A DNA stretch of 64,000 nt. Origin: Takakia lepidozioides. Its lineage: Eukaryota > Plantae > Bryophyta. Location: contig CM060732.1 in the NCBI GenBank assembly GCA_030704615.1, positions 682,001 through 746,000 on the forward strand, written 5' to 3'. The notes under the pieces were generated by a model. The model worked only from the letters and a program-made list of their open reading frames with translations. It was not told where the DNA came from and ran no database searches. This document shows positions 63,926 to 64,000 of the stretch, one piece after another. Each line of letters starts with the position of its first letter. Within the stretch, counting starts at the first letter, position 1. A program made the translations under genes and the position numbers.

Positions 63926-64000
63926 CTGTTCATCACAGCATCCCCAATTGCATGGTGAGACATTATCGAGATTGTACTAGAAGCACCATGCACAAACAAA

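Overview
Eukaryotic, intron-containing, repeat-rich land-plant DNA; a non-seed plant is my inference, not shown. Host genes: a 10-exon 3-hydroxyisobutyrate dehydrogenase (HIBADH, -), an intronless ERN-like AP2/ERF (-), a group IIe WRKY (+), an intronless Whirly (-) head-to-head with the ankyrin protein LTD/GDC1 (+), and the 3' end of an armadillo-repeat kinesin (-). Between and inside them are Copia relics, RTE-like and L1-like LINEs, CACTA and hAT non-autonomous elements with target-site duplications (TSDs), a tRNA-derived SINE, a MULE transposase relic, and local duplications of HIBADH and WRKY fragments. The standout is a Ty3/Gypsy retrotransposon (39327-47015, TG...CA ends, CCCT duplication). 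Its polyprotein reads gag - protease - DNMT3-like C5 cytosine methyltransferase - RT - RNase H - integrase - PHD finger, so it carries a putative DNA-methylation writer and a chromatin reader. The one stop between methyltransferase and RT sits in a UAG-CAA-CCA context matching the UAG-CAR-YYA readthrough consensus. All coordinates were read by eye and no database searches were run.
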